Of a stretch of DNA of 64,000 nt, positions 41,056-50,736 are shown piece by piece (position 1 is the stretch's first letter; each line of letters starts with the position of its first letter). Below the pieces are notes generated by a model. The model had not been told where the DNA came from and searched no databases. It saw nothing but the letters and a program-made list of their open reading frames with translations. The translations under genes were made by a program, and so were the position numbers. This stretch comes from an uncultured Alphaproteobacteria bacterium (GTDB lineage: Bacteria; Pseudomonadota; Alphaproteobacteria; RF32; CAG-239). The stretch spans positions 72,098-136,097 of the forward strand of contig CAKQTH010000001.1 of the NCBI GenBank assembly GCA_934276635.1, read 5' to 3'.

Positions 41056-43203
41056 ATGTTACGACAGTATGAACTTGTGGATTTGGTAAAATCTTATGAC
41101 CCGAACGCCGATGAAGATGCGCTGAACAGGGCCTATGTGTTTGCAATGAAAAAACACGGCGGACAGCTCAGGGCTTCCGGCGACCCGTATTATTCGCATC
41201 CGGTTGAAGTTGCCGGAATTCTGACCAAGTTCAAACTTGACTGCGCCTCGATTATTGCCGGACTTTTGCATGATACGGTAGAAGACACCGAAACCACGGT
41301 GGAAGAAGTCCGCGAACTTTTCGGAGATCAGGTGGCAACGATTGTTGACGGACTGACCAAAATTTCCATAATCGAACAAAAATCTGGCAACAGCAAACAG
41401 GCGGAAAATTTTCGCAAACTTTTGCTCGCAATGTCTGAAGATATCAGAGTTTTGCTGATAAAATTGGCCGACAGACTACACAATATGCGTACTCTTCACT
41501 TTTGCCCGCCGGAAAAAAGACAAAGAATTTCACGAGAAACATTGGATATTTATGCGCCGCTGGCCGAAAGAATCGGTATGCAGGAAATTAAGACCGAACT
41601 TGAAGAAATCGCGTTTGCCGAGCTGTATAAAGAGGCTCACGATTCGATTGTCGCCCGTTTGAACTTTTTGCGCGAACAGGGCAGCAATCTTGTGCCTCAA
41701 ATTATTGCTCAGCTTGAAAAAGATATGGCCGATAACGGAATTAAGGCGGTGGTGTCCGGCCGTGAAAAATCGCCGTATTCGATTTGGACCAAAATGCAGC
41801 GCAAAAACGCTTCTTTTGAGCAGCTTTCGGATATTATGGCGTTTCGAATTTGTGTAGATACGATTGCCGACTGTTATCAGGCGCTTGGAATCGTGCACAG
41901 CAAATATCATATGGTTCCGCGCCGTTTTAAGGACTATATCTCGACACCGAAACCGAACGGATATCAATCAATACATACCGGCGTTATCGGACCGTATAAT
42001 ACCAGAATTGAAATTCAGATAAGAACGCACGAAATGCACGAAATCGCCGAAAAAGGCGTTGCGGCGCACTGGGCGTATAAACAGGAACAAAAAGTCGAGG
42101 GCAAAAATTTTCGCTGGATGCGCGAGCTTTTGGAAATTTTGGAGCAGGCTTCAAATCCGGAAGAATTTTTGGAAAACACAAAGCTCGAGATGTATAACGA
42201 TCAGGTGTTCTGCTTTACTCCGAAAGGCGATTTAATCGGGCTTCCGAGCGGGTCTACGCCGGTTGATTTTGCCTATGCGGTGCATTCTCTTGTCGGAAAT
42301 ACATGTGTCGGAGCAAAAATCAACGGAGAAATCCGCCCGCTCAGAACTGTTTTGCAAAACGGCGATCAGGTTGAAATTTTGACCTCTAAAGCGCAACATC
42401 CGTCAACCGAATGGGAAAGATTCGTCGTTACCGGAAAAGCAAAAGCCGCAATCAGACGATATGTCAGAGCCAATAAACGGGCGCAGTTTATCACCCTCGG
42501 CGAAGAGATTTTGGACAGGCTGTTTAAGGGCGAAGGGCTTGAATTTTCAGAAAAAGGAATTGTAAACAATTTGGCCGCGTTTAGTGCCGAAAGCCTTGAT
42601 GATGTATATGCAAAAGTCGGAGAAGGGCTGATTACCGGTTGGGATGTTTTGCGCACATTATATCCGAGTTATAAGCAGTCGCGCCTTGAAAAAGTTATGC
42701 AGTCGATTACTCCGTCAACTGTAAAATCAGGGCTGAAAAAGGCAAAGAAAAAAGGCGAACCGATAAAAATCAAGGGGCTGATTCCTGGTATGGCCGTTCA
42801 TTTTGCCGGCTGTTGCCACCCACTTCCAGGGGACAGAATTGTGGGAATTGTGACTACCGGAAAAGGCGTTGCGGTACACACTATTGATTGCAAATCTTTG
42901 GAAAAATACGCTTCAGAGCCGGAAAGATGGCTTGATATCGCCTGGGGAGACGAGGCGGATAACGAAAAGCATATCGGCCGCGTGAAGATTATGTTGAATA
43001 ATGAACCCGGAACTTTGGCCGAATTGTCAAATCTGATAGCCAGATACGGCGGAAATATCGTGAATTTAAATATTGTATACCGCACAATCAGCTATTTTGA
43101 ATTGCTTGTCGATATTGAGGTGAAAGATGTTCGCCAGTTGACGGATATTATTGCGGCGTTGAAGGCTTCAAAATCCGTCAGCTATGCGGCAAGAGCGTCA
43201 TAA
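41056..43203 (+). CDS. spoT: bifunctional (p)ppGpp synthetase/hydrolase, RelA/SpoT family
   Basis: 715 aa; HD hydrolase domain (HPVEVAGIL...LLHDTVEDT), synthetase domain (RICVDT..., YQSIHT), TGS and ACT regions; follows rpoZ. Confidence 0.9.
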   Translation: MLRQYELVDLVKSYDPNADEDALNRAYVFAMKKHGGQLRASGDPYYSHPVEVAGILTKFKLDCASIIAGLLHDTVEDTETTVEEVRELFGDQVATIVDGLTKISIIEQKSGNSKQAENFRKLLLAMSEDIRVLLIKLADRLHNMRTLHFCPPEKRQRISRETLDIYAPLAERIGMQEIKTELEEIAFAELYKEAHDSIVARLNFLREQGSNLVPQIIAQLEKDMADNGIKAVVSGREKSPYSIWTKMQRKNASFEQLSDIMAFRICVDTIADCYQALGIVHSKYHMVPRRFKDYISTPKPNGYQSIHTGVIGPYNTRIEIQIRTHEMHEIAEKGVAAHWAYKQEQKVEGKNFRWMRELLEILEQASNPEEFLENTKLEMYNDQVFCFTPKGDLIGLPSGSTPVDFAYAVHSLVGNTCVGAKINGEIRPLRTVLQNGDQVEILTSKAQHPSTEWERFVVTGKAKAAIRRYVRANKRAQFITLGEEILDRLFKGEGLEFSEKGIVNNLAAFSAESLDDVYAKVGEGLITGWDVLRTLYPSYKQSRLEKVMQSITPSTVKSGLKKAKKKGEPIKIKGLIPGMAVHFAGCCHPLPGDRIVGIVTTGKGVAVHTIDCKSLEKYASEPERWLDIAWGDEADNEKHIGRVKIMLNNEPGTLAELSNLIARYGGNIVNLNIVYRTISYFELLVDIEVKDVRQLTDIIAALKASKSVSYAARAS

Positions 43204-43255
43204 AACACCTTGTTTGGCAAAAAATCTGCCATATATAATATAAAAAGGCGGATTT

Positions 43256-43750
43256 ATGACTGAAAAAATAAAGAAAATATTAAAAAAATTGTTGGAAATC
43301 AGGGCAAGCGATTATCAGATTGCGGCGGGAGTTGCCTGCGGGGCGGCAATCTCGTTCACTCCGTTTGTCGGGTTTCATTTGGTTTTGGCAATCTTGACCG
43401 CATTGCTGCTGCGGGCAAATGCGGTGGCAGCCGTTGCCGGAACAATCGTGGGTAATCCGTGGACATTTCCGTTTATATGGGTTTCAGTTTTGTATACCGG
43501 CGAGGAGATAATCGGCAAGGCGCACAGTGCGGTTCACCCTTCTTTTGAAGAATTGTTTAAAAATATGTTTTCTGCACTCAAAAATCTTGATTTCATGGCA
43601 TTTGAGGCGGATATATGGCCGATTTTGCACCCGATGATAATCGGTTCGATACCTTTTTATTTGCTATCTTGGATAATTACCTATATAATCGTCAAAAAAT
43701 TGTTGAACAAATATAGGAATAAGAACAATGATAGTCGGAATCGGAACTGA
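43256..43750 (+). CDS. DUF2062-family membrane protein
   Basis: IAAGVACGAAISFTPFVGFHLVLAILTALLLRANAVAAVAGTIVGNPWTFP matches DUF2062. Confidence 0.65.
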   Translation: MTEKIKKILKKLLEIRASDYQIAAGVACGAAISFTPFVGFHLVLAILTALLLRANAVAAVAGTIVGNPWTFPFIWVSVLYTGEEIIGKAHSAVHPSFEELFKNMFSALKNLDFMAFEADIWPILHPMIIGSIPFYLLSWIITYIIVKKLLNKYRNKNNDSRNRN

Positions 43751-44105
43751 TATCGCTCGCGTTTCAAGGTTTGAACAAAACGCGGATAATATCGCCAAAA
43801 GATGTTGCACCGAACAAGAATTGCTCGAAATGGAAAGCAAAAAAGGAGCAAAAATATCGGCAGTGGCCAAACGATTTGCCGCCAAAGAAGCTTGCGTCAA
43901 GGCATTAGGCACCGGGTTTTCTTCCGGAATATCTTTTCAGGATATAGAGATTTTTCATCATCAAAACGGCAGGCCTGATATCAGATTGCGCGGCAAAGCT
44001 GCGGCAATAATGAACGAATTGTGCGAAGATAAAGGAAAAATTTTTTTGTCGCTCAGCGATGAAAAGGAATATGTCGTCGCAATGGTCGTAATTGAAAGAT
44101 TATAG
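43728..44105 (+). CDS. acpS: holo-[acyl-carrier-protein] synthase
   Basis: MIVGIGTDIARVSRF N-terminus, 125 aa, KEACVKALG motif. Confidence 0.85.
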   Translation: MIVGIGTDIARVSRFEQNADNIAKRCCTEQELLEMESKKGAKISAVAKRFAAKEACVKALGTGFSSGISFQDIEIFHHQNGRPDIRLRGKAAAIMNELCEDKGKIFLSLSDEKEYVVAMVVIERL

Positions 44106-44131
44106 TTGCGAAATATAAAATATGGGCTACT

Positions 44132-44899
44132 ATGGCAAAAAACAATTTATTTGAGAGAAAAATGAAAGAAGATAAAAAAGAAGAAAGCCTCGGCGATACA
44201 TTAAAAACAGTGGTTTTTGCAATCGCAATCGCAATATTAATTCGTTCGTTTTTGTTTGAACCGTTCAGAATCCCATCAGGCTCAATGTATCCGACACTTG
44301 AAGTCGGCGATTATTTGTTTGTTTCAAAATACACATACGGCTATTCAAAACATTCGTTTCCGTTCAGTATGCACCTGTTTGACGGCCGAATTTGGTATGA
44401 TGAACCTGAACGCGGCGATATTGTGGTTTTCAAATATCCGAAAGATAATTCGACGGATTATATCAAAAGGATTATTGGGCTTGCCGGTGACAAAATCAAA
44501 CTTGTTGACGGCCGGGTTTATGTCAACGGAGAAATTTTGCCGCGCGAGCAGATTGAAGATTATGTGATTGCGGATAATGCGAACAATGCGGGTGTGTATC
44601 CGCAATATATCGAAACACTGCCGAACGGCGTCAAGCACAAAATTGTTGAAATAAGCGACAATGCGCCTTTGGACAATATGGAAGAAGTCACGGTTCCGGA
44701 AGGACACTTTTTTATGATGGGCGACAACCGCGACCGCTCTGATGACAGCCGCGCCAATGTCGGTTTTGTGCCGGCGGAAAACTTGGTCGGAAAGGCGCGC
44801 GTTTTGTTCTTTTCATACGGTGATAACGGCGTTTGGTACAATCCTTTGAGCTGGGGCAAAAAGTTTCGCTGGAATCGCTTTTTCAGCAAAATAAAATAG
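44132..44899 (+). CDS. lepB: signal peptidase I
   Basis: TM then SGSMYPTL (catalytic Ser box), YIKRIIGLAGD (Lys box), GDNRDRSDDSR box E. Confidence 0.9.
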   Translation: MAKNNLFERKMKEDKKEESLGDTLKTVVFAIAIAILIRSFLFEPFRIPSGSMYPTLEVGDYLFVSKYTYGYSKHSFPFSMHLFDGRIWYDEPERGDIVVFKYPKDNSTDYIKRIIGLAGDKIKLVDGRVYVNGEILPREQIEDYVIADNANNAGVYPQYIETLPNGVKHKIVEISDNAPLDNMEEVTVPEGHFFMMGDNRDRSDDSRANVGFVPAENLVGKARVLFFSYGDNGVWYNPLSWGKKFRWNRFFSKIK

Positions 44900-45574
44900 G
44901 TGGCGAAGATGCAAAATTTGGAAAATTTTTTAGGTTACAGTTTTGCAAATAAAAATTTGCTTAAACAAGCTCTTACTCACAGCAGCGTGTCATCAGATAT
45001 TCATAAAAATTATGAGCGTTTGGAGTTTTTGGGCGACAGAATTTTGGGCTTTACGGTTGCCGAAATGCTGTATAAACATTTTCCGAACGAACCGGAGGGA
45101 GATTTGGCTCCGCGCCATACTTCACTGGTTTGCAAAGACGCGGTTTCAGAGGTCGCAAAGCTGCTGCATATTGATGAATATGTGATGATTGCCAACGAGG
45201 ATATCAGAGAAAACGACAATGTTTTGTGCGATGTCGGAGAGGCGGTTATCGGCGCGATTTGCATCGATTCGAATGTGAATAACGCCATTGAATTTGTGCG
45301 CAAAAACTGGGAGCCTTTGCTTGAAAAATATGTTACTCCGCCGAAAGATGCCAAAACAATGCTGCAGGAAATTTCTCACACGCTCAAACTCGGTGCGCCG
45401 GAATATGTGGTTTTAGAAAAAAGCGGGGCAGAGCATCTGCCGTTATTCAAAATTGCCGTAAATCTTACCGGAGGAAGGCAGACAATCGGCGAAGGACACA
45501 GCAAAAAGCTTGCTGAACAGCAGGCTGCGGCTAAAATGTTGAAACAGCTCGGGTGCGGCAATGCAGCAAAATAG
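44900..45574 (+). CDS. rnc: ribonuclease III
   Basis: RNase III signature ERLEFLGDRILG; C-terminal dsRBD; GTG 44900 or ATG 44909 start. Confidence 0.9.
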   Translation: MAKMQNLENFLGYSFANKNLLKQALTHSSVSSDIHKNYERLEFLGDRILGFTVAEMLYKHFPNEPEGDLAPRHTSLVCKDAVSEVAKLLHIDEYVMIANEDIRENDNVLCDVGEAVIGAICIDSNVNNAIEFVRKNWEPLLEKYVTPPKDAKTMLQEISHTLKLGAPEYVVLEKSGAEHLPLFKIAVNLTGGRQTIGEGHSKKLAEQQAAAKMLKQLGCGNAAK

Positions 45575-46490
45575 TGAAAATATGCAAAATAAAGACGGAC
45601 CGACAAGATGCGGTTTTGTGGCGCTTGTCGGGGCTCCGAATGCCGGAAAATCAACGCTCACAAACGATTTTGTCGGCTCTAAGGTTTCGATTGTTTCTTC
45701 TAAGGTGCAGACCACCCGTACTCAGGTTAAAGGCATCGGAATTTATGGCAACACGCAGATAATTTTGGTTGATACTCCGGGGATTTTTAAGCCGAAACGC
45801 AGGCTTGACCGCGCGATGGTATATTCTGCTTGGAACGGCGCGCACGATGCGGATATTGTGGTGCTGATTGTTGATGCAAAGCGCGGCTTTGATGATGAAA
45901 CAAAAGCGATTGTTGCCGGCCTGAAAGACATAAAACGCAAGGTCGTGCTTGCGATTAACAAGATTGATTTGGTGAAAAAAGAAAAACTTTTGGAACTCAG
46001 CGCGGAACTCAACAAAGCATATCCGTTTGAGCAGACATTTATGATTTCGGCACTTGAGAGCAAAGATGTTGAAGAGTTGTATCAATATTTGGCGGACAAT
46101 CTGCCGGTTTCGCCGTGGTACTATCCCGAAGATCAGATTTCGGATATGCCGCTGAAGCTGTTGACCGCAGAGATTGTGCGCGAAAAATTATTTACTTTTT
46201 TGCATCAGGAATTGCCATATGCGCTGACGGTGGAACCAGAGCTTTGGGAACATCGTCCGGACGGCTCGATTCGCGCGGAAATGACGATTTATGTCGAAAA
46301 AGAAAATCAAAAAATTATCGTTTTGGGACGCGGCGGCTCGATGATAAAAAGAATTGGACAATCCGCCCGCAAAGAAATTGAAGATTTGTTGGAAGAGAGA
46401 ATACACCTCTTTTTGTTTGTAAAAGTCAGAGAAAATTGGATAAACGATCCGGCGCGATATGCAGATTGGGACCTCAAATTCAATGCCTGA
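45561..46490 (+). CDS. era: GTPase Era
   Basis: G1 GAPNAGKSTL, DTPG, NKID; KH-domain C-terminus; overlaps rnc stop by 14 nt. Confidence 0.9.
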   Translation: MQQNSENMQNKDGPTRCGFVALVGAPNAGKSTLTNDFVGSKVSIVSSKVQTTRTQVKGIGIYGNTQIILVDTPGIFKPKRRLDRAMVYSAWNGAHDADIVVLIVDAKRGFDDETKAIVAGLKDIKRKVVLAINKIDLVKKEKLLELSAELNKAYPFEQTFMISALESKDVEELYQYLADNLPVSPWYYPEDQISDMPLKLLTAEIVREKLFTFLHQELPYALTVEPELWEHRPDGSIRAEMTIYVEKENQKIIVLGRGGSMIKRIGQSARKEIEDLLEERIHLFLFVKVRENWINDPARYADWDLKFNA

Positions 46491-46582
46491 ACTATATGAT
46501 TTCAGGCGTTTTTGTGTTGACAAAATGTTGCTGCACCGGGTTACACTGATTGTATATTTATTATTTTACAGGGAGAGGATAA

Positions 46583-47110
46583 ATGGAAGATTCGGACACA
46601 AGAAGCAACGCGGAGCAAAAGCTCGACGAGCAGATTGCGCAGGGAGGAATGTCCAAGGAGCAGGAGGACGCCGCACTTGACAATGCAATTGCGCAAGAGA
46701 CGATGGAAACGCCGACAAAGGCGTATAATGATTTCGGCGAGATATTGAAGGACAAGTCGCTGTCGGAAGAAGAGCAGTCAGCGTATTTAGATATTCTTAT
46801 TGATTAGGAAAAACAGGAACTTAGCGAGAGGGATAAGATATTGCAGCTGAGGGGAATAAAGTCGACGGAGAAGACACCGACGAAGAAATCGGGAGGTCAG
46901 CAGAATGCGAACAGCAACGCGGCGCAGCAGGCAATGATGGCCAAAAAACGAGATAATTCAAGGTAAAAGCAAGGCTCCGATGTAAGGGGAAGAGCAAAAA
47001 AGAGCAAGTCGTTGATTAGCGGCGCAAGATGCAGAAAAAAACAAATCGTTGATGAGCAGTCGCGGCGCAGAAAAAATAGCAAGAAAAAACCGGCGGAAAT
47101 CATAAAATGA
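46583..47110 (+). pseudogene. purine-rich reading frame (Lys/Glu/Gln/Arg-rich product) interrupted by in-frame TAG (46805) and TAA (46964); probable decaying gene
   Basis: RBS GGGAGAGG before ATG 46583; the same frame stays otherwise open for 176 codons through two nonsense codons; imperfect about 40-nt tandem repeat at 47006-47085. Confidence 0.35.
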
Positions 47111-47397
47111 AATCAAGCCGTTTTTTTATATTCATACGAAACCTTTGTTTCGCAGTATCAATGAGAGCCTAGCGGGCATTATCATCGAAGTAAGGATCGT
47201 AGATTCCCGGAGTCTTGTCTGCGTGCAAAGCAGCAACAGTGGTAACAAGACCGAGAGTACCATAAACAATAAAAGCTCCTAGTAATATACTCTAAAATTT
47301 TTGGAAGTTAAACTATATAATAGACAGAAATATATCTGGAATAACTATACATTACAACGCGATATATTTTTTGCTATTTAAAAACAAATTCAAGATA

Positions 47398-47970
47398 TTA
47401 TTTAAATGTCACATCTATTTGACAATTGTTTTCTGACGCTTTGCAGTCACATAATGCTGCGGCAATAGATGCAGCCCGTTCTTGAATATCTTTGGCGGAA
47501 TAGGTATTTCCGGTTTTTAAGTGGAAGAAATAGTCGAAAGTTGATGCTCCTCCCCAATCAGCGGTTACAATAGATGAACATGCATCTTTTGAAAGATTGT
47601 AAAATGTCATATAAAATTGGTCAGGCCTATTTTGGTATGATATCAAAAATACGATTCCTCCCATTGCATTTTTTACGCATCCATACTTGTATCCATCTAA
47701 ATCACAATCTTTTACCATTTCTTCAGGAAATACGCCGAGCTGATATCCAGTTTCCAAACTCAATCCTTTATAATTTCCCTGACCGGCAAAAGTTGTACGA
47801 ACATTAGATGTAACAGTCGATAACTGGTCAATCAGCTTGTTCGTTTTATACTTTGCCATAGCTTTTGAGTATCCGGCGATACCGGCAACGGAGAGAACGC
47901 CGACGATTGCGAGTACGCCGAGCATCTCAATCATCGACCGACCGGACTGGTTTGAAATATAGTTTTTCAT
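47398..47970 (-). CDS. type IV pilin-like protein (prepilin-type N-terminal cleavage/methylation domain)
   Basis: class III signal ...SGRSMIEMLGVLAIVGVLSVAGIAGY with Gly(-1) and Glu(+5); C-terminal Cys pairs; 190 aa. Confidence 0.6.
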   Translation of the reverse strand: MKNYISNQSGRSMIEMLGVLAIVGVLSVAGIAGYSKAMAKYKTNKLIDQLSTVTSNVRTTFAGQGNYKGLSLETGYQLGVFPEEMVKDCDLDGYKYGCVKNAMGGIVFLISYQNRPDQFYMTFYNLSKDACSSIVTADWGGASTFDYFFHLKTGNTYSAKDIQERAASIAAALCDCKASENNCQIDVTFK

Positions 47971-48059
47971 AATGATAGTCTCCGAAAGTTTCTTTCTAAT
48001 CTTTATTATATTGCAATATATCAGTGCTTGCGATACTGACTTTAGTCATAATCAGTTTA

Positions 48060-48068
48060 CCCCCCCCC
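48060..48068. repeat. homopolymeric C9 tract in the intergenic region upstream of the pilin-like gene
   Basis: ccccccccc at 48060-48068, about 90 nt upstream of the pilin-like start (47970, minus strand). Confidence 0.9.
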
Positions 48069-48090
48069 GGCGGTTGTCAAGGATTTTTTG

Positions 48091-49134
48091 CTATTTTACG
48101 CCGTTTTCAAGAATAGAAAATGTTTTATTTATCGGGTCTATTTCTGCTTTTGCTCCATAAGGTAAAATAAACATCGGGTCAGTGTGTCCGAAATCCATTT
48201 GTGTAATAACCGGCAAATCTTGTAATCCATATTCTTTTAATATGGCAGATATTGTATTGTCACAACAGTCAAAATCCTTTTGGGTTAAGCCTGTTCCGCC
48301 GGGACGGCCGAATATTATCCCGCTTGCAACTTCAAAAATCCCTGTCGCACAATAATTTCTGAGCCAATAACCGAAAATTTCGGGAAGAGCTTCTTTGCTG
48401 CAGGATTCAAAAAATAAGACAGCTCCTTTGAATGCATCTGTTGATGGCCAGATTGAAGTTCCTTTTATCATCTCCAACACTTCCATACAGCCTCCGATGA
48501 GCTTTCCTTGTACCTTTTCTTTCCCTTGTAAAAAATGCCATTTGGAGGGAGACATTTTTCTTTTTATGTTTTGATTTTCAGGTTTTCCCCAGTCTAACAT
48601 TTCATTAGTCCAGCCCTCAGATGACGGCTCGATTCGTCCGATAGGTTTTGTATCAAACAAAGTTTTGCGAACCGATGTTTCTAAGAGTTTGTGTAATCCG
48701 CAATTTTCTCCGAATCCGGACATAATGCTCGGCCCGTAAAAAGAAGATAAACCGGCATGCATGCATATAAAGTGGTTGGCTGTTGTGTCAGAATATCCCA
48801 TAAAGATTTTAGGATTGTTTTTTATGATATCAAAATCTATATACGGAAGAAGCCTGATAGTCTCGTCGCCGCCTATGGTCGATATAATTGCCTTAATCTC
48901 CGGATTGAGAAATGCGTTCATAAAATCTTGAGCCCTCTCTTTCGGGTGATTGTACAGCCAATCGTTGTCTTTTAATGTATGAGGCATGGGAACAACTTTA
49001 ACCCCGAAAGTTTGTTCAAGCTGCTGAACGCCGGTATCGTAACGATTTTTATATATGGAAGGGCCTCCCCATGATAAAGAAACAGTAGCAACAATGTCTC
49101 CGGTATTTAATTTATTCGGCTTGATTAACTCCAT
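48091..49134 (-). CDS. S66-family LD-carboxypeptidase (MccF-like)
   Basis: 347 aa; N-terminal KLNTGDIVATVSLSWGG, GYSDTTA nucleophile-Ser motif (MGYSDTTANHF), C-terminal His/Glu region. Confidence 0.75.
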   Translation of the reverse strand: MELIKPNKLNTGDIVATVSLSWGGPSIYKNRYDTGVQQLEQTFGVKVVPMPHTLKDNDWLYNHPKERAQDFMNAFLNPEIKAIISTIGGDETIRLLPYIDFDIIKNNPKIFMGYSDTTANHFICMHAGLSSFYGPSIMSGFGENCGLHKLLETSVRKTLFDTKPIGRIEPSSEGWTNEMLDWGKPENQNIKRKMSPSKWHFLQGKEKVQGKLIGGCMEVLEMIKGTSIWPSTDAFKGAVLFFESCSKEALPEIFGYWLRNYCATGIFEVASGIIFGRPGGTGLTQKDFDCCDNTISAILKEYGLQDLPVITQMDFGHTDPMFILPYGAKAEIDPINKTFSILENGVK

Positions 49135-49392
49135 AATTTTGCCCCTCTCGTTGCTCCAAAGTGTTCTTCATATTCTCATCTTATATTATCGGGATTATAA
49201 AAAAAGTAAAATCAAAAAAATAACAAAATGAATATCCGGATAGATGAAACTCGGAGAGCGCAGGAACGGCCGCATGGATGCGTGTGTTTTTTTTGAGGAG
49301 GGGGAAAGAGGAAAACTGAGCAGCGGTTATTTTTCTCCTCGAGCCTCTCCGAGGTCGCCGGTTCGCCCCATCGCGGTCGTGTGGTGTGTGCT

Positions 49393-49402
49393 GGGGGGGG
49401 GG
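49393..49402. repeat. homopolymeric G10 tract within a purine-rich low-complexity stretch
   Basis: gggggggggg at 49393-49402, about 260 nt upstream of the S66 peptidase start; surrounding GA-rich sequence 49300-49450. Confidence 0.9.
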
Positions 49403-49460
49403 AAAAAAAGGGGAAGAAAAAACGGAGAGAAGGGAAGAGTATGAGAAAAGTGTAAAAGCA

Positions 49461-49490
49461 CAAAAAAACCGCCAAAATGGCGGCTTATTT
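49461..49490. terminator. hairpin with flanking A/T runs (possible bidirectional terminator)
   Basis: A7 - CCGCC aaaat GGCGG - CTTATTT. Confidence 0.4.
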
Positions 49491-49706
49491 ATATTGGTCG
49501 GATTGACACCCTCTAAATTAGAAAAGAGATACCATCCGAAAAGCTTATAAAATACTTATAGCAGAAAAGCGCAGAAAACACAAGGCCTTTTTGCATTTTT
49601 TTATAAAAAATTTATCAAAGCGGGCAGACCTTCTAATCCACACTGCAGGGGTTGAGTTTTTGATACTGACCGCTGTGTTTGAAGTCAATTTTTTCATTTA
49701 ATTACA

Positions 49707-50177
49707 ATGACATATACTGCCCGCTTCGGTGATGAAACAAGGCCAAAGGCTTATTATGAGTTGACTTATATCAAATGTGCAGATGTCAGCAGAACTATAG
49801 CTATGGAAGAGACAAGTGAGATAAGGAATCTTCTCTCTCAAATAAAAAATACATTAAATAACATTCCTTACATAGTAGAAGAACAAAAAGGAACTAATTG
49901 GTATATCAAATGGTCAAATGGCATTCTAGAACAAGGAGGAACATATGATAAAGGATCACAAGTTACAGATTGGAGCGTTAATATTACAATGAATGTTGCG
50001 TTCATTAATACAAATTACCAATTAAATTGCCAACTTTATAGATTGGATAATGCAACAGGCTCGATTAACAACCAAGTATTTATCATAAACAGGACATCAT
50101 CGATGTTTACTGCCAGGCCTTATGGTGATGGCTCATCCCGATATATAGATTGGTACGCACGTGGATACTGGAAATAA
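49707..50177 (+). CDS. phage-associated hypothetical protein (possible minor tail protein)
   Basis: 156 aa; first gene of the tail-tip module; no recognisable motif. Confidence 0.4.
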   Translation: MTYTARFGDETRPKAYYELTYIKCADVSRTIAMEETSEIRNLLSQIKNTLNNIPYIVEEQKGTNWYIKWSNGILEQGGTYDKGSQVTDWSVNITMNVAFINTNYQLNCQLYRLDNATGSINNQVFIINRTSSMFTARPYGDGSSRYIDWYARGYWK

Positions 50178-50193
50178 CAGAAAGGAACAGATA

Positions 50194-50736
50194 ATGCCTG
50201 ATACGACGCTTTCAGAAGCACTAAAGGAAGCCTATGCTTCAGCTCCGAGTGATGTAATTTTATTGCACACCCTGGAACTGAGGCATCCGTCTTTTATAGA
50301 TGATCAGGGCCGACCGACAGCTATCTGGGTCGTGCGTGATCACGTTAACCACACCTGCACGCTTGAAAACTCGGCTCCGCTCAATCCTGGAGAGGCTGTT
50401 GAGTTTATTGCCATGGCGTTTGATCTGGAATTGCCACCGGTCAACAACACGCCGACACCTGAGATTTCGGTCACGATCGACAACGTTTCAACTGAAATGA
50501 TTGCTTATCTTGACCGGGCTATTGAGACACAGGATATGATCGAGCTGACATACCGGTCATATCTGTCTGACGACCTGACAACGCCACAGATGGACCCGCC
50601 GATAACCTTGGTTATTACTGATATTCATGTGGACTGCTATAAAATAACGGCTACAGCCCGCATGATGGACATCGGCAACAAGTCGTTTCCAAGTGAAAAC
50701 TATACCGTTAAAAACTATCCGGGATTAACACGATGA
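50194..50736 (+). CDS. phage minor tail protein (gpL-like position; possibly DUF1833 family)
   Basis: about 180 aa, RBS AAAGGAAC; sits immediately upstream of the NlpC/P60 and J-like genes as in lambda L-K-I-J. Confidence 0.4.
   Translation: MPDTTLSEALKEAYASAPSDVILLHTLELRHPSFIDDQGRPTAIWVVRDHVNHTCTLENSAPLNPGEAVEFIAMAFDLELPPVNNTPTPEISVTIDNVSTEMIAYLDRAIETQDMIELTYRSYLSDDLTTPQMDPPITLVITDIHVDCYKITATARMMDIGNKSFPSENYTVKNYPGLTR

Noticed and set aside
49212-49475. 87-aa and 66-aa ORFs in the G/A-rich stretch upstream of the S66 peptidase gene
   Set aside because: They are low-complexity translations (poly-Gly/Lys/Arg, poly-Phe/Pro) of a homopolymer-containing purine-rich region. Treated as non-coding repeat sequence.
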